A stretch of 64,000 nucleotides of DNA from positions 61,615 through 125,614 of the IMG/VR virus record IMGVR_UViG_3300009514_000006; one strand, 5' to 3'. Source of the DNA: a virus. Under the pieces are notes generated by a model. The model made no database searches. It was not told the origin of the DNA and saw only the letters and a program-made list of their open reading frames with translations. Positions within the stretch are counted from its first letter, which is position 1, and every line of letters begins with the position of its first letter. Below, piece by piece: positions 20,780 through 30,346 of the stretch. The position numbers and the translations under genes were made by a program.

Positions 20780-21001
20780 TCAAGTACTTTTTTTGCTATA
20801 TCCCTTGATAAACAAAGGAGGATTTGCATTGTCAAAATCTGCTCTAATAGGAACAGGTATCTCTTTGTTACAACCCTTACAAACAGCCCAAGATGTGCTG
20901 TTATCCTTCAGTATCAAGATCTTAGACCTAATCTTAAATCCATTGCCATCGGACTTAATGATTAGTTCTCCACACGAGCAGGTTAGGGTTGGTGCGTTCA
21001 T
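20780..21001 (-). CDS. Small Zn-ribbon protein
   Basis: CSC...CKGC, 73 aa. Confidence 0.6.
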   Translation of the reverse strand: MNAPTLTCSCGELIIKSDGNGFKIRSKILILKDNSTSWAVCKGCNKEIPVPIRADFDNANPPLFIKGYSKKST

Positions 21002-22023
21002 ACGTAATTATGTAAAGGCGTTGTATGCAACCACTTACTAAAAACAGACTCACTAGGAGTCCTAGATGTTAGGTCAGAAGAAACTCTGGGGATGCTCATG
21101 AATGATCTATGGTCCATCAAAGGAGCACCAACATTACTCCTCATCTTTGCGTTTTCTTCTATGACCCGAATAACTACAGGGTCCACATACTGCTCCTGAA
21201 TAACGCTGAGGCAGAAATCAAGATCTTCAGAAGTATTCAAGTTGTACCCCAGCTCTGAAGCTACTTCAATTAGAGATTGTCGGTGAGCGTATCCTACATC
21301 CGCACCTCTATCTAGGAAGCCTTGCATAGAAGTAATGTAGGCATTGCTGGCGTGGTATGTTTGTAGACCCTCTAGAGGTATACCTAACTCTACCAGTAAA
21401 TTCGTGATAAGATGAGGACCAATCCTACGGGGCTCAAAGTAAGATAGATCGCTCTGACTATCTACCTTAGGCACAACAAATAAAGGTTCTTTTGGATCTC
21501 GGTTAGAGCACAGCATCCTTAGGGCCTGAGAGACTTCGGGGGAGCAGTGAATCCTCCTCTTACCTAGACGACAAATCTCTCGGGCACAAACAATATCTTT
21601 GATGCTCAGACCAGTAATCTCCCACAGACGAAATCTGCCCTGGTCCAGCAACATAAGAATCAAAGCAACAGACTTGTCCTTCATATGGGGAGATTTAAAC
21701 AGGGTGCTAACATAGGATCTAAAAGTAGGAAGACGAGAATCAACAAGAGCATTCTGCTGGTGTATTTTCCACCCACTTTGCCCCGCCATGTCCTCCTCTA
21801 GATAAGAGTATTCATGTGATCCATTAACAGGGTTAACCCACCTAGCGGCCCACAAATTTTTAGGGTCATTAGGGTGATAACCTTGGTTCCATTCAACAGG
21901 AGCACCTGGGTAGGGTGCCCGGGATAACCGGCGCCCATCTTCAGTTAGAAAAGGTGATTTTTCAGGTTCTTGCTTAGTATTGGAACCCATCTTTTGAGTC
22001 CTCTTCTGCAAGACTAGCAACAC
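20998..22023 (-). CDS. Type IB topoisomerase-fold protein, probably catalytically degenerate
   Basis: W...G..EYSY, RLPTFR, ALILMLLDQGRFR, LGK, GLQTYHAS, VASELGY, QYVDP follow the pox/bacterial TopIB motif order. Confidence 0.65.
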   Translation of the reverse strand: MLLVLQKRTQKMGSNTKQEPEKSPFLTEDGRRLSRAPYPGAPVEWNQGYHPNDPKNLWAARWVNPVNGSHEYSYLEEDMAGQSGWKIHQQNALVDSRLPTFRSYVSTLFKSPHMKDKSVALILMLLDQGRFRLWEITGLSIKDIVCAREICRLGKRRIHCSPEVSQALRMLCSNRDPKEPLFVVPKVDSQSDLSYFEPRRIGPHLITNLLVELGIPLEGLQTYHASNAYITSMQGFLDRGADVGYAHRQSLIEVASELGYNLNTSEDLDFCLSVIQEQYVDPVVIRVIEENAKMRSNVGAPLMDHRSFMSIPRVSSDLTSRTPSESVFSKWLHTTPLHNYV

Positions 22024-22780
22024 CCTCAGGACCTGCTTGCGGATCTGAGTGATCTAGTAGATCTGGATCTTCGAATGTTGCAGACTGCATAGTCATAGGA
22101 GACATCTGCTCAAACAAGTCTAGTTGATCTTCTAAAAAGCCTTTGACCTCTGCGCGGATATGGTTTTCAGTGACAGGAAAGTACTGATAGCCATCTCCCC
22201 ATATTTCAGCAGCCAAAGGCATCAGCTGAGCTTCGTCAACAGAATCAATGAGCATGAGAGCTTGGTTTACAAACATTGGGTCATTTACATTCATCACAAG
22301 AGCCGGAGGAGCTGCTTCCTGCTCTGTCTCTACTGGCGCCTCCTCGTCTCCGAATGCCTTCTTCACAAACTTATTTTTGAAATCATCTATGGAATACTCT
22401 TTCATAGATCCAAAAAATTTAGGTGTGTTGAAGTGCATAAGATAAGCCGCTTTGGCCTCCCTAGCCGTACAAAACCCAATCATAACTTTCTGTTCATCCA
22501 GCTTTTTAAATTCAGGTTTCTTTAGTTGATCTACAACAAAGACTTTCGGGGAGTCATCATGGGGACCCACAAACACATCAAGCTGATCTCCGTCCCAACC
22601 CTTATCTTTCATACCACAAAAATATCCATAAGGATAATGCATCTTTGTGGTACCTTTCTCACCCGTTGCTTCGTCGGTCCAATGACGAACTTGACCCTTA
22701 TCTGTCTCAATAGAGATCTCTAGATCCTGAAACTCAATTTTTCGAGCTAGCTTTCTAGCTTTTTCAGTGACCTTGAACAT
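21974..22780 (-). CDS. Inorganic-pyrophosphatase-like (InPase) phage protein with acidic C-terminal extension
   Basis: ISIETDKG..R...MHYPYGYF...DGDQLDVFVG...FVVDQ...DEQKVMIGF. Confidence 0.8.
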   Translation of the reverse strand: MFKVTEKARKLARKIEFQDLEISIETDKGQVRHWTDEATGEKGTTKMHYPYGYFCGMKDKGWDGDQLDVFVGPHDDSPKVFVVDQLKKPEFKKLDEQKVMIGFCTAREAKAAYLMHFNTPKFFGSMKEYSIDDFKNKFVKKAFGDEEAPVETEQEAAPPALVMNVNDPMFVNQALMLIDSVDEAQLMPLAAEIWGDGYQYFPVTENHIRAEVKGFLEDQLDLFEQMSPMTMQSATFEDPDLLDHSDPQAGPEGVASLAEEDSKDGFQY

Positions 22781-22781
22781 C

Positions 22782-24314
22782 CTAGTACTGTTTCATCGCC
22801 TCAATGGCCTTCTGCTGGGCTTCATACAGCTGCCTCTGATAAGAATCACTACCGGGACCTTGCCCGTATACTCCAGGCGCCTCTGGATTATCCTCTGCTC
22901 CCTCGCCTACCGCGATAGTAGTAGACGCTGCGCCGTCTGGGGGAGAAAACGTTCCGTCAGTATTATGGTTAGGATTACCGCCTAAATGTCCCGGAACTCC
23001 CGACATACGATTCCTGGGCATCTCACCCTCAGATATGTCAGCTATCGAGTCAAAGGCCCCTGCATGAGTTGGTGGTGTTCGTAGCTCCTTGGTTCCATTA
23101 GCATTAAGCTCTTGTCCAGCACTTCCCGAATCAATAAGGTCCATCAGGTCCTGCAGCTGTGCGCGGATGGCTCCTAAATCTAAGCCACTATCCATAGGGC
23201 TACCCGAGTCTCCTGTCGGAGCTGTTTCTAGGGAGTCATCGTAGGCAAAATCTTCTTCACCACCAAGAGAGCCCTCGTCTTCTGGGAGCATACTCTCCAT
23301 AGAAAAATCATCATCATATGCCGCATCATCATAATCATCGCCGCCAAAGGATTCTGCGTCCTGAGGTCTTTCGTTGACATTAGTCATGGGACCCACCGGG
23401 CCACCAGTGGCCGTATGCTTCATACCAGGAGCGGGGCCGCTACCACTAGCGGCCATCAACGGTTTATTCTGCTCCGGGGAAACATCTGGTTGCGACAGAA
23501 GATTATCAAATGATCCATTATTTCTGTCATCCATACTGTTCATAGACTCAACAAAGCGATCAGAAGGACTCAGTGAATCCTTCCTGCGGTCTTCATGTGC
23601 GTCAGCATTATTCATGAACCGCATAGTGTCTTCAGGGGTCTCAGCCTCATCACTCAACAATCTGTTGAGCATCTCTGCTTCTTCATGATCCTCAGGAGAG
23701 AAGTCTTCGTGACCAGAGAAATAAGGATCATCAAAGATATCTAATCCATGAGTTGTATGCCCCATTACATCTGCTTTAGTGTCATTTTGGAGCTGTGGAG
23801 CGATAGCCTTAGGAGCACCTGGAAGCTGCGCAGGGACACTTGGGGCTGCTTTTTTTACCGATCTCTTAGCTCCTCCTTTGCCAGACCTTTCCCCTGGCGA
23901 GGGCAGGCGACGGACATGTCTACCCCCCTCTCGTAGCTCCAAAAGAGATTCCAATTTCTCGTGAGCACGAAGTTTATGCTCGCGTTCAGTTTTAGCCTTA
24001 TCCTCTTCTGCGGTTGACTGGGATCCTACATCTTCAGACGCAGCAAACTTACCAGAATGAGGGTCCCGCTTGCGCTGAAATTGTGGGCCAGAAGCAGTAT
24101 ATTTCACTGGTACTCTGATGGCTTTGTTCAAGTATAGAGAAGGCCCATGCTCAACAATAACAGGAGGTGTGATAACATTGTTACCTCGTGTCGGAGGAGT
24201 ACCACACCTGGCCGCCTCTATAGACTTCTCAATATAGGACGGTTTTCGTTCTTGGGGAATCACTACATTAGGAGTAACCCAATTAAGACGTTTGATACTT
24301 CCGTGGTCCGACAT
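22782..24314 (-). CDS. Acidic low-complexity head-associated protein
   Basis: 510 aa, RDPHSGKF motif, D/E/G/P-rich. Confidence 0.6.
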   Translation of the reverse strand: MSDHGSIKRLNWVTPNVVIPQERKPSYIEKSIEAARCGTPPTRGNNVITPPVIVEHGPSLYLNKAIRVPVKYTASGPQFQRKRDPHSGKFAASEDVGSQSTAEEDKAKTEREHKLRAHEKLESLLELREGGRHVRRLPSPGERSGKGGAKRSVKKAAPSVPAQLPGAPKAIAPQLQNDTKADVMGHTTHGLDIFDDPYFSGHEDFSPEDHEEAEMLNRLLSDEAETPEDTMRFMNNADAHEDRRKDSLSPSDRFVESMNSMDDRNNGSFDNLLSQPDVSPEQNKPLMAASGSGPAPGMKHTATGGPVGPMTNVNERPQDAESFGGDDYDDAAYDDDFSMESMLPEDEGSLGGEEDFAYDDSLETAPTGDSGSPMDSGLDLGAIRAQLQDLMDLIDSGSAGQELNANGTKELRTPPTHAGAFDSIADISEGEMPRNRMSGVPGHLGGNPNHNTDGTFSPPDGAASTTIAVGEGAEDNPEAPGVYGQGPGSDSYQRQLYEAQQKAIEAMKQY

Positions 24315-24322
24315 AGAGTCTC

Positions 24323-24796
24323 CTACTTGCCGCTTAGTGTACGGCTTTGTCCAGGAACAAAAACACCACCACTACCGGCATTATATGCAACTTCTTCCGC
24401 TAAATGTGCCATAACTAGCTGCTTTAACTTAGACTTCTCAGTACGAGACAGCTGGGTACGGATCTCCGCCATCATTGGTTCCATTTTACGAAACTTAAGA
24501 GGGAACACAACAGTAAGCAAAGCCTCCTCCATCGGAGTCAAAAAACCATTGTACTCGGCCTTGTGGATAGCATCAATAATGGCATTAGAAGCCCAAACAT
24601 AATCTAGCTCACCGTTGGGATAACGCCGCATAGTACTCATCATATGGGTACTCGGTCTGTCCTCAAGGTTATGGTATTTGCTCTCGTGTTGTTCGTGCGG
24701 AGCAAACGACTCGTAGCTAGGATTAGTCTCTTTAGCTTTTACGATATTCGGATTCTGCATATGCAGAGGAACTCTTGGTGTGCTGTTACTGCTCAT
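24323..24796 (-). CDS. Hypothetical head-region protein
   Basis: 157 aa, IVKA/IHKA motifs. Confidence 0.55.
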   Translation of the reverse strand: MSSNSTPRVPLHMQNPNIVKAKETNPSYESFAPHEQHESKYHNLEDRPSTHMMSTMRRYPNGELDYVWASNAIIDAIHKAEYNGFLTPMEEALLTVVFPLKFRKMEPMMAEIRTQLSRTEKSKLKQLVMAHLAEEVAYNAGSGGVFVPGQSRTLSGK

Positions 24797-24923
24797 TTTT
24801 TCCTCTCGATATTAATGTATAGAGGTTGACTCTTTTTGATTGAAGAGTCCTTTACCAACAAGGGAACCTTGTTTGGTACCGAAATCCACAAAGGAATTGA
24901 TTTTTCTATCTTACCCATATAGG

Positions 24924-26054
24924 TCACCCACAATTCGGACAGAAAAGATTACCCCCAGCAGATTTTGTCAATCGAGCATTGCAGGAGGAACAACAAGTCG
25001 ATTTGTAAAGACCACAAGAAAAACAACCAACAGATGATTTATACACAGTACCATGAGTAGGACAATTATTATAAGGGTCTGCCACTCGGTTATAGTCCTT
25101 ACCAGAAACATCTTTAAGGGTATCCCCAACAAGAGGAGCTACACCTTCGGGACTATAAAGAGCCGAGTTCTGACGGGTCATCGTCTTCATGGCAGAGTTA
25201 TACACGCCAAAGGGGTCATAAACTCCCTGCGGGCGGGGGATGTGCATAGAACGAGTTGTTAGGGCCTTTCCCATACCCTGAAGTTTGGTACCCAAGGAAT
25301 ACTCTGGGCTACCCTTAGGCTGATTAGCCGTCAAACTCTGTCCCGCTCCATGAAGGGACGCTTGCCGGCTAATTGTATGACCAGCTTCGGGCTTAGTGCC
25401 AGAAGTATACTCAGGTTTATTAGTAATCTGCCTTACGGTTTGAGCCGGGGGTACAGTAGGTTCTTTTCTAGCTCGATCTATCTCAGATCCCTTACCAGAC
25501 TCAAAAGCCTTGTCTGTCCACTCTTTCTTAAGCGTCTCTCCCTCTTCATCAAACAGGTCCTCTAGACTCTTCTCAGCAGGAGGCATACCTGGTAGAGGGC
25601 CTTTAGCTCTTTCCCCGGGAGTTTCAGAGGTTACTGTTCCCTTTAGCTTAGAAGGAACAGGAGGCGGACCAGATTTAGGAACAGGAGGAGGACCAGCCTT
25701 AGATACCCCAGCTTGGTTAGCTGCGATTGCTATTGCTTGCTTTCGTCCGCCAGGATACTTATCGGGATTGTCTTTCATCTCTCTCATATTAGCGGAAATC
25801 TTCCGCTCAAAGTGAGATTCCTTTTTATCCTTGTCCTCATCTTCATCATCAGAGGCTTTAAGCAAGTCTAGCAAGTTAGTCATAGTATTAGGTCCCTTAT
25901 TTACTGGCGTTTTAATAAGCCACGGTTTTTTATCTTTAGGATAATCGTCCACACTAAAATCACCAACAGAACTATCTTTATACCCCCCACCTCGCTTACG
26001 ATCTTGTTCAGCAATCTGCTGGGGGGTCATATTTGGTGTATATGATTTCTTCAT
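24924..26054 (-). CDS. Low-complexity head-region protein with C-terminal Zn ribbons
   Basis: C-terminal CPTH/CFSC/CSSC/CPNC; several K-S/A motifs. Confidence 0.6.
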   Translation of the reverse strand: MKKSYTPNMTPQQIAEQDRKRGGGYKDSSVGDFSVDDYPKDKKPWLIKTPVNKGPNTMTNLLDLLKASDDEDEDKDKKESHFERKISANMREMKDNPDKYPGGRKQAIAIAANQAGVSKAGPPPVPKSGPPPVPSKLKGTVTSETPGERAKGPLPGMPPAEKSLEDLFDEEGETLKKEWTDKAFESGKGSEIDRARKEPTVPPAQTVRQITNKPEYTSGTKPEAGHTISRQASLHGAGQSLTANQPKGSPEYSLGTKLQGMGKALTTRSMHIPRPQGVYDPFGVYNSAMKTMTRQNSALYSPEGVAPLVGDTLKDVSGKDYNRVADPYNNCPTHGTVYKSSVGCFSCGLYKSTCCSSCNARLTKSAGGNLFCPNCG

Positions 26055-27742
26055 CCCAGATCCCCCACATCAGGCAGGCCGTCTGCGGCGCTGTATTTAG
26101 GGGGAGCCTCAAAACCTTGTTGTGAAGAAGAACCAGGAAGAGCAGCAGGAGGCTCCGCAGACTCAGGAGCAGGTTGAGCTGCCTGTGCAGCCTCTGTTGC
26201 TTGCTGCAGCTGCATCAGCTGTAGATATGTGGGGTTCAAGGGAACGTCACCACCAGGGAGATCCGGCAGGTCCGCTTGTCGGCGAACTTCATTAAGCGTT
26301 AGATAACTAGATAGCTGTTCTACAAGAAGATTATGTTTGTCCTGCTCAGACAGCTCATCCAAACCAACGAACTCAAGAGTAAAATGATCATCGATCCGAT
26401 CAATAATATTCTTGTTGATCATCCTAGCAACAAATCTCAGAAGAGGCTTCAAGCCCCTATCGCGAGATGCTTTCAGTTTCCACTCTTGAGAGGACTCAAA
26501 CAAAGGAGTCTGCTGTACTCCTCCGTGCATGTCAAAGTTTAGCTCTGCTGGATCTATGAGGAAAACACCGCAGGTAATTTTCAATAGATATTCCATCCAT
26601 CGGCCAAATTCCATTTCTTGATTCGACCTAGCCAACTCGATCCATTCAATGCCCTCGGATTGAAGAACCGGGGTTTTCCATGCGTTATCTACTCCTGCAA
26701 CCTGCGCAGACCAATGCCGCCTAAACTCTTCAAGCTGATCTGGGGTCCAGTTATCTCCTCGTAGGTTAAGAATACCCTTAGGGGCACTACCTTGCGTAAA
26801 AAAGTGCCTATTATACGTCTCAGCATTGAGATGAGCAGTGATAATAGTAATCAGTTGCTCTAACTCAGATAAACCATAACCAGAAGTATAGATATCAGTT
26901 CTAGGATTTCTAACCCCAAAAATCATCTCCTTATCACTATAAATATTTTCAATTTGTCCGTTCACAACCTGTACATAGGCTACTTCGTCACCTTCAGCGG
27001 TACGAATGTCGTCATTACCATATTCCCGACCCTGGTATAGTCCCGCAAACCTAGAAGGAACAGAAGGAACAAAGCCTGTCCGACTATGATAAGAAGAATT
27101 GATCCCAACATAACGATTGTCTGAGGCTATTCGTATAGTAGAGGCATCAACCGCTAAAAACTCATAAGGAAGACCTAAACGATCAGGAACCACCTCAGTA
27201 CAACTTTGGTCAAACAAAAGTGAGTCACGAACTATCTTTCGTAGCCAACTCTCAAAATCATCTCTTGGTTGTCTAGAGTATGGGTTCTTTTCAGCCCGAC
27301 CGCAGTTCAATACAAAATTTTCAAGTTCTTTAATAAAGGCAACTTCGGAAGCAGTTGTGGGGTGGTCTGCCTCTTTGTGTTTAATCACAAAACCAAGACT
27401 ACGAGTAGACCTATAGGGCTGAGAAAAAGAAGCAACCTGAGCCGCTCGGGTGTTAATGATGGCGCTAATAATGCTTAGCTGGCCTGAAATCTTCTTAAGG
27501 GTGTCATAGGTTACGCTGTATCTACGATCTTTATACCCTAAGCTATACTGAAGGGTGAGAGGGTCGCTGAACCAACTTTTTGGTGACCTTTGGGAATCCG
27601 TATTAGGAAGCTGCTTCCACCCCTTCTGGATGTTTTCCCGAACCATCGGCATAATCTGCTGAGTTGCGACGGCCATCTTAGCCGCCTCAGCGATTATGCT
27701 AGCATAATCAATATCCGGAGGATTGTTAGGTTTCTTAGCCAA
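26051..27742 (-). CDS. Portal protein
   Basis: IINTRAAQV, GLSELE, FFTQGSAPKGIL, MEFGRWMEYL...GVFLIDPAELNF, GLKPLL, TLNEVR. Confidence 0.92.
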   Translation of the reverse strand: MAKKPNNPPDIDYASIIAEAAKMAVATQQIMPMVRENIQKGWKQLPNTDSQRSPKSWFSDPLTLQYSLGYKDRRYSVTYDTLKKISGQLSIISAIINTRAAQVASFSQPYRSTRSLGFVIKHKEADHPTTASEVAFIKELENFVLNCGRAEKNPYSRQPRDDFESWLRKIVRDSLLFDQSCTEVVPDRLGLPYEFLAVDASTIRIASDNRYVGINSSYHSRTGFVPSVPSRFAGLYQGREYGNDDIRTAEGDEVAYVQVVNGQIENIYSDKEMIFGVRNPRTDIYTSGYGLSELEQLITIITAHLNAETYNRHFFTQGSAPKGILNLRGDNWTPDQLEEFRRHWSAQVAGVDNAWKTPVLQSEGIEWIELARSNQEMEFGRWMEYLLKITCGVFLIDPAELNFDMHGGVQQTPLFESSQEWKLKASRDRGLKPLLRFVARMINKNIIDRIDDHFTLEFVGLDELSEQDKHNLLVEQLSSYLTLNEVRRQADLPDLPGGDVPLNPTYLQLMQLQQATEAAQAAQPAPESAEPPAALPGSSSQQGFEAPPKYSAADGLPDVGDLG

Positions 27743-27743
27743 A

Positions 27744-28661
27744 TTACTTTCTCCACCCCTTTAAATCATTCAGCTTGGATCGTAGAGACTTATTCATCCA
27801 CCTAGCATATAACACCTTCTGGGTGGGGTTCATACGAGTATCGCCAGCTTCTATTTGTTCAGGGGTCTTTCCTACTACTTCTAGTAGAAACTGTTTCTCT
27901 TTATCAGAGGCTGTATGGAAGGTTCTAGGAGCTGTGCGCTGGAGACTCTGCCCCAGCCCCTTGATCAACGATGCAGCATTCCAAGATTTTTCTACCTCTT
28001 TTAGCTTTGAATAATAATCTTGATCCTCAGTAAGATGGTCCATCGCAATCTCAGTAGCTATGGACCTATCAGAAGTGTGCTCAAGTTCTACTTTAACTCC
28101 CTCATCCAATTTATCTTGGTCAAAGTCAGACGGACTTTTACCATCAGCAAGACCGCCAGGAATGGCATCTGCTTTCTGAGTAATCTCTTCCTCTTCGTGC
28201 CACTGTCTACCCACTTCAGGCAGATCCGGCGTGACAGAACCAGCGGCACCAGGATGCTTTGCTGTGGCGAGTCTCTGCTGGGCGACCACATCCTGTTCTT
28301 CGTCCACCACAGGCATAGATCCCATGGCTACATCTGCTTTTTCCATTCGGACAATATCGCAGCCTAGAGAACAACTTTTGAGAAGCTTATTAGCCTCCCA
28401 TACTTTGTCCCTATCGTTTGCTTTCACCAAGGAGAACTTACCGTCCGGTATGTAGCTAAAGTAGTACAAATCATCTTTAGAAGACTTAACAATGCCTCTA
28501 AACACATTGTTCATAACACCATAACGAACGGACTCTGGGACAACACCGTTCTTGATAGACTTATGAACAATAGCAACTTCAGTCATCCTGTTAGAAGGAG
28601 ACAACGAAGTATAATAGTCCATAATGGACTCATCTGTATTATTTACTTTTTGTTCAGCCAT
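27744..28661 (-). CDS. Head-associated protein with DUF5661-like domain
   Basis: IPGGLADG...GVKVELEHT...EIAMDHLTED.DYYSKL. Confidence 0.75.
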   Translation of the reverse strand: MAEQKVNNTDESIMDYYTSLSPSNRMTEVAIVHKSIKNGVVPESVRYGVMNNVFRGIVKSSKDDLYYFSYIPDGKFSLVKANDRDKVWEANKLLKSCSLGCDIVRMEKADVAMGSMPVVDEEQDVVAQQRLATAKHPGAAGSVTPDLPEVGRQWHEEEEITQKADAIPGGLADGKSPSDFDQDKLDEGVKVELEHTSDRSIATEIAMDHLTEDQDYYSKLKEVEKSWNAASLIKGLGQSLQRTAPRTFHTASDKEKQFLLEVVGKTPEQIEAGDTRMNPTQKVLYARWMNKSLRSKLNDLKGWRK

Positions 28662-30346
28662 TCTTTTAAACTTTCCATAGATCTCTTAAAAGGTACAGGT
28701 TTACCAGGTTTTGGAGAATTTATTGGTGGCCGAGAAAAATTAGAACCCGTACCTGGGTCGCCTATGCCCTCTCTTCTCCCCGGAATAAGCTGCCCCACGG
28801 CAGCAGCCGTTGGACCAACGGTACCACCAGGGTCACCCAAGCCAGCCCCCATAGCGTACGCTGTACCAAGAGTAGGCAACTTAACTGCCCAAGGATTATC
28901 CTTACTTGTAGAGCTAGATTCCTTTTCCTTAGGAGACTTATCCTTCTCTTCAGGATCATCTCCCGGCAAATCAAGATGTTCCGGGGCCTGTGCTTGAGGG
29001 TCCGGGGTCTGTGCTTGAGGGTCCGGAGTCTGTGCTTGAGGGTCCGGGGCCTGTGCTCGGGGTGCCTCTTTAGCTGCTCTAGTGGCCTGTTCGACTTTTT
29101 GCCTCTGCCTCTCTGCCCAGGGAATATTTCTTTGTTGTTCGTTAAAATTGGTAGGAGGGTCACGAAGAGGCAACATGTCCTCTAGACCAGCACCGGGACG
29201 AGAAGAAGCTTGGGACCTAGACGGAACCAAATGCGTAGGAGGCGGAGGAAGGGGCTCTGCCTGCTGTTGCGGGGCCTGTGCTCGGGGTGCCTCTTTAGCT
29301 GCTCTCAACGGTAAACGATCCGTATCAAAGGGCGCCTGAAGAGGAAGACGACTAGTATTGAAGGGACCCGACGGAGGCGGAGGAAGGGGCTCTGCCTGCT
29401 GTTGCGGGGCCTGTGCTCGGGGTGCCTGTGGTTTAGCTACGGTTATTTTTTGTCTAGCTCCTGCTACTCTCTGCTGTCGCATCGAAGAAGCGGGTTTCTT
29501 GCCCGCCATAACAGGAGACGCAGTAGGAGCACGAGGCTTAGTAGGAGCCGCAGTAGGAGCACGAGGCTTAGTAGGAGCCGCAGTAGGAGCACGAGGCTTA
29601 GTAGGAGCCGCAGTAGGAGCACGAGGCTTAGCAGGCGCCGCAGTAGGAGCACGAGGCTTAGCAGGCGCCGCAGTAGGAGCCGCAGTAGGAGCACGAGGCT
29701 TAGCAGGCGCCGCAGTAGGAGCCGCTGCTACGGGTTCCCGGGGTTTTCCCGTTCCCTTAGAAACATCAAACATCCATCCAAGTGACTTATGCGTTTCCTC
29801 GTCTTCACCGTCTTTAACTTCTGGCGAAGACGCTATTTGATAACCAAGAGAACGAGATGGTTTATCTTCTTTTTCATCCCTATACTCTTTTATCTTATCG
29901 AGGGCTTTACCAAGCTTACCTGGATTGGTCTGTACCCTAGTGGCAGCTCTTTCCACGGTCGGCCCAGCCTCAGTATCACCATATTCAAAATCACTCTGTC
30001 CTGGCTTGCGAGAAGTAGTAGAGACACGAGATCTACCTGCTACGTCCACAGGAGAGGGAGAAAGGGGCGCCTTAAGAGGCAGTCTATCTATGATATTCTT
30101 CGACACACTATTAGGAGAAACACGATGCCCTTCAACGGATATAGAGGCTTGGTAAGAGCAAAGCTTACCAGCCCCGTGCTTGTGCCCGCACTGAGGGCAC
30201 TTAGCTCCTTTAATGTCATTACCACCCACAGGCCCGCCCATCATCTCTTCCTTCAGCCGGGAGGCTACGGCCTTAGGGGGTTTGACCCCCTTCTGCATGT
30301 CGGCCATGTTGATAAACTTAGCGGACTTTTGAGTGGGTGACTTCAT
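28643..30346 (-). CDS. Disordered Pro/Ala-rich protein with Zn knuckle and tandem repeats
   Basis: CPQC...C near N-terminus; (PTKPRAPTAA)n, (PDPQAQT)3, duplicated PRAQAPQQQAEPLPPPP. Confidence 0.65.
   Translation of the reverse strand: MKSPTQKSAKFINMADMQKGVKPPKAVASRLKEEMMGGPVGGNDIKGAKCPQCGHKHGAGKLCSYQASISVEGHRVSPNSVSKNIIDRLPLKAPLSPSPVDVAGRSRVSTTSRKPGQSDFEYGDTEAGPTVERAATRVQTNPGKLGKALDKIKEYRDEKEDKPSRSLGYQIASSPEVKDGEDEETHKSLGWMFDVSKGTGKPREPVAAAPTAAPAKPRAPTAAPTAAPAKPRAPTAAPAKPRAPTAAPTKPRAPTAAPTKPRAPTAAPTKPRAPTASPVMAGKKPASSMRQQRVAGARQKITVAKPQAPRAQAPQQQAEPLPPPPSGPFNTSRLPLQAPFDTDRLPLRAAKEAPRAQAPQQQAEPLPPPPTHLVPSRSQASSRPGAGLEDMLPLRDPPTNFNEQQRNIPWAERQRQKVEQATRAAKEAPRAQAPDPQAQTPDPQAQTPDPQAQAPEHLDLPGDDPEEKDKSPKEKESSSTSKDNPWAVKLPTLGTAYAMGAGLGDPGGTVGPTAAAVGQLIPGRREGIGDPGTGSNFSRPPINSPKPGKPVPFKRSMESLKEWLNKK
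29515..29725. repeat. 30-bp coding tandem repeat
   Basis: gcagtaggagcacgaggcttag(t/c)agg(a/c)gcc units, about 6 copies with partial insertions. Confidence 0.9.

Noticed and set aside
20998-22023. Functional integrase indicating a prophage
   Set aside because: N-terminal motifs fit TopIB, catalytic positions are altered, and no att-like flanks or host genes are visible
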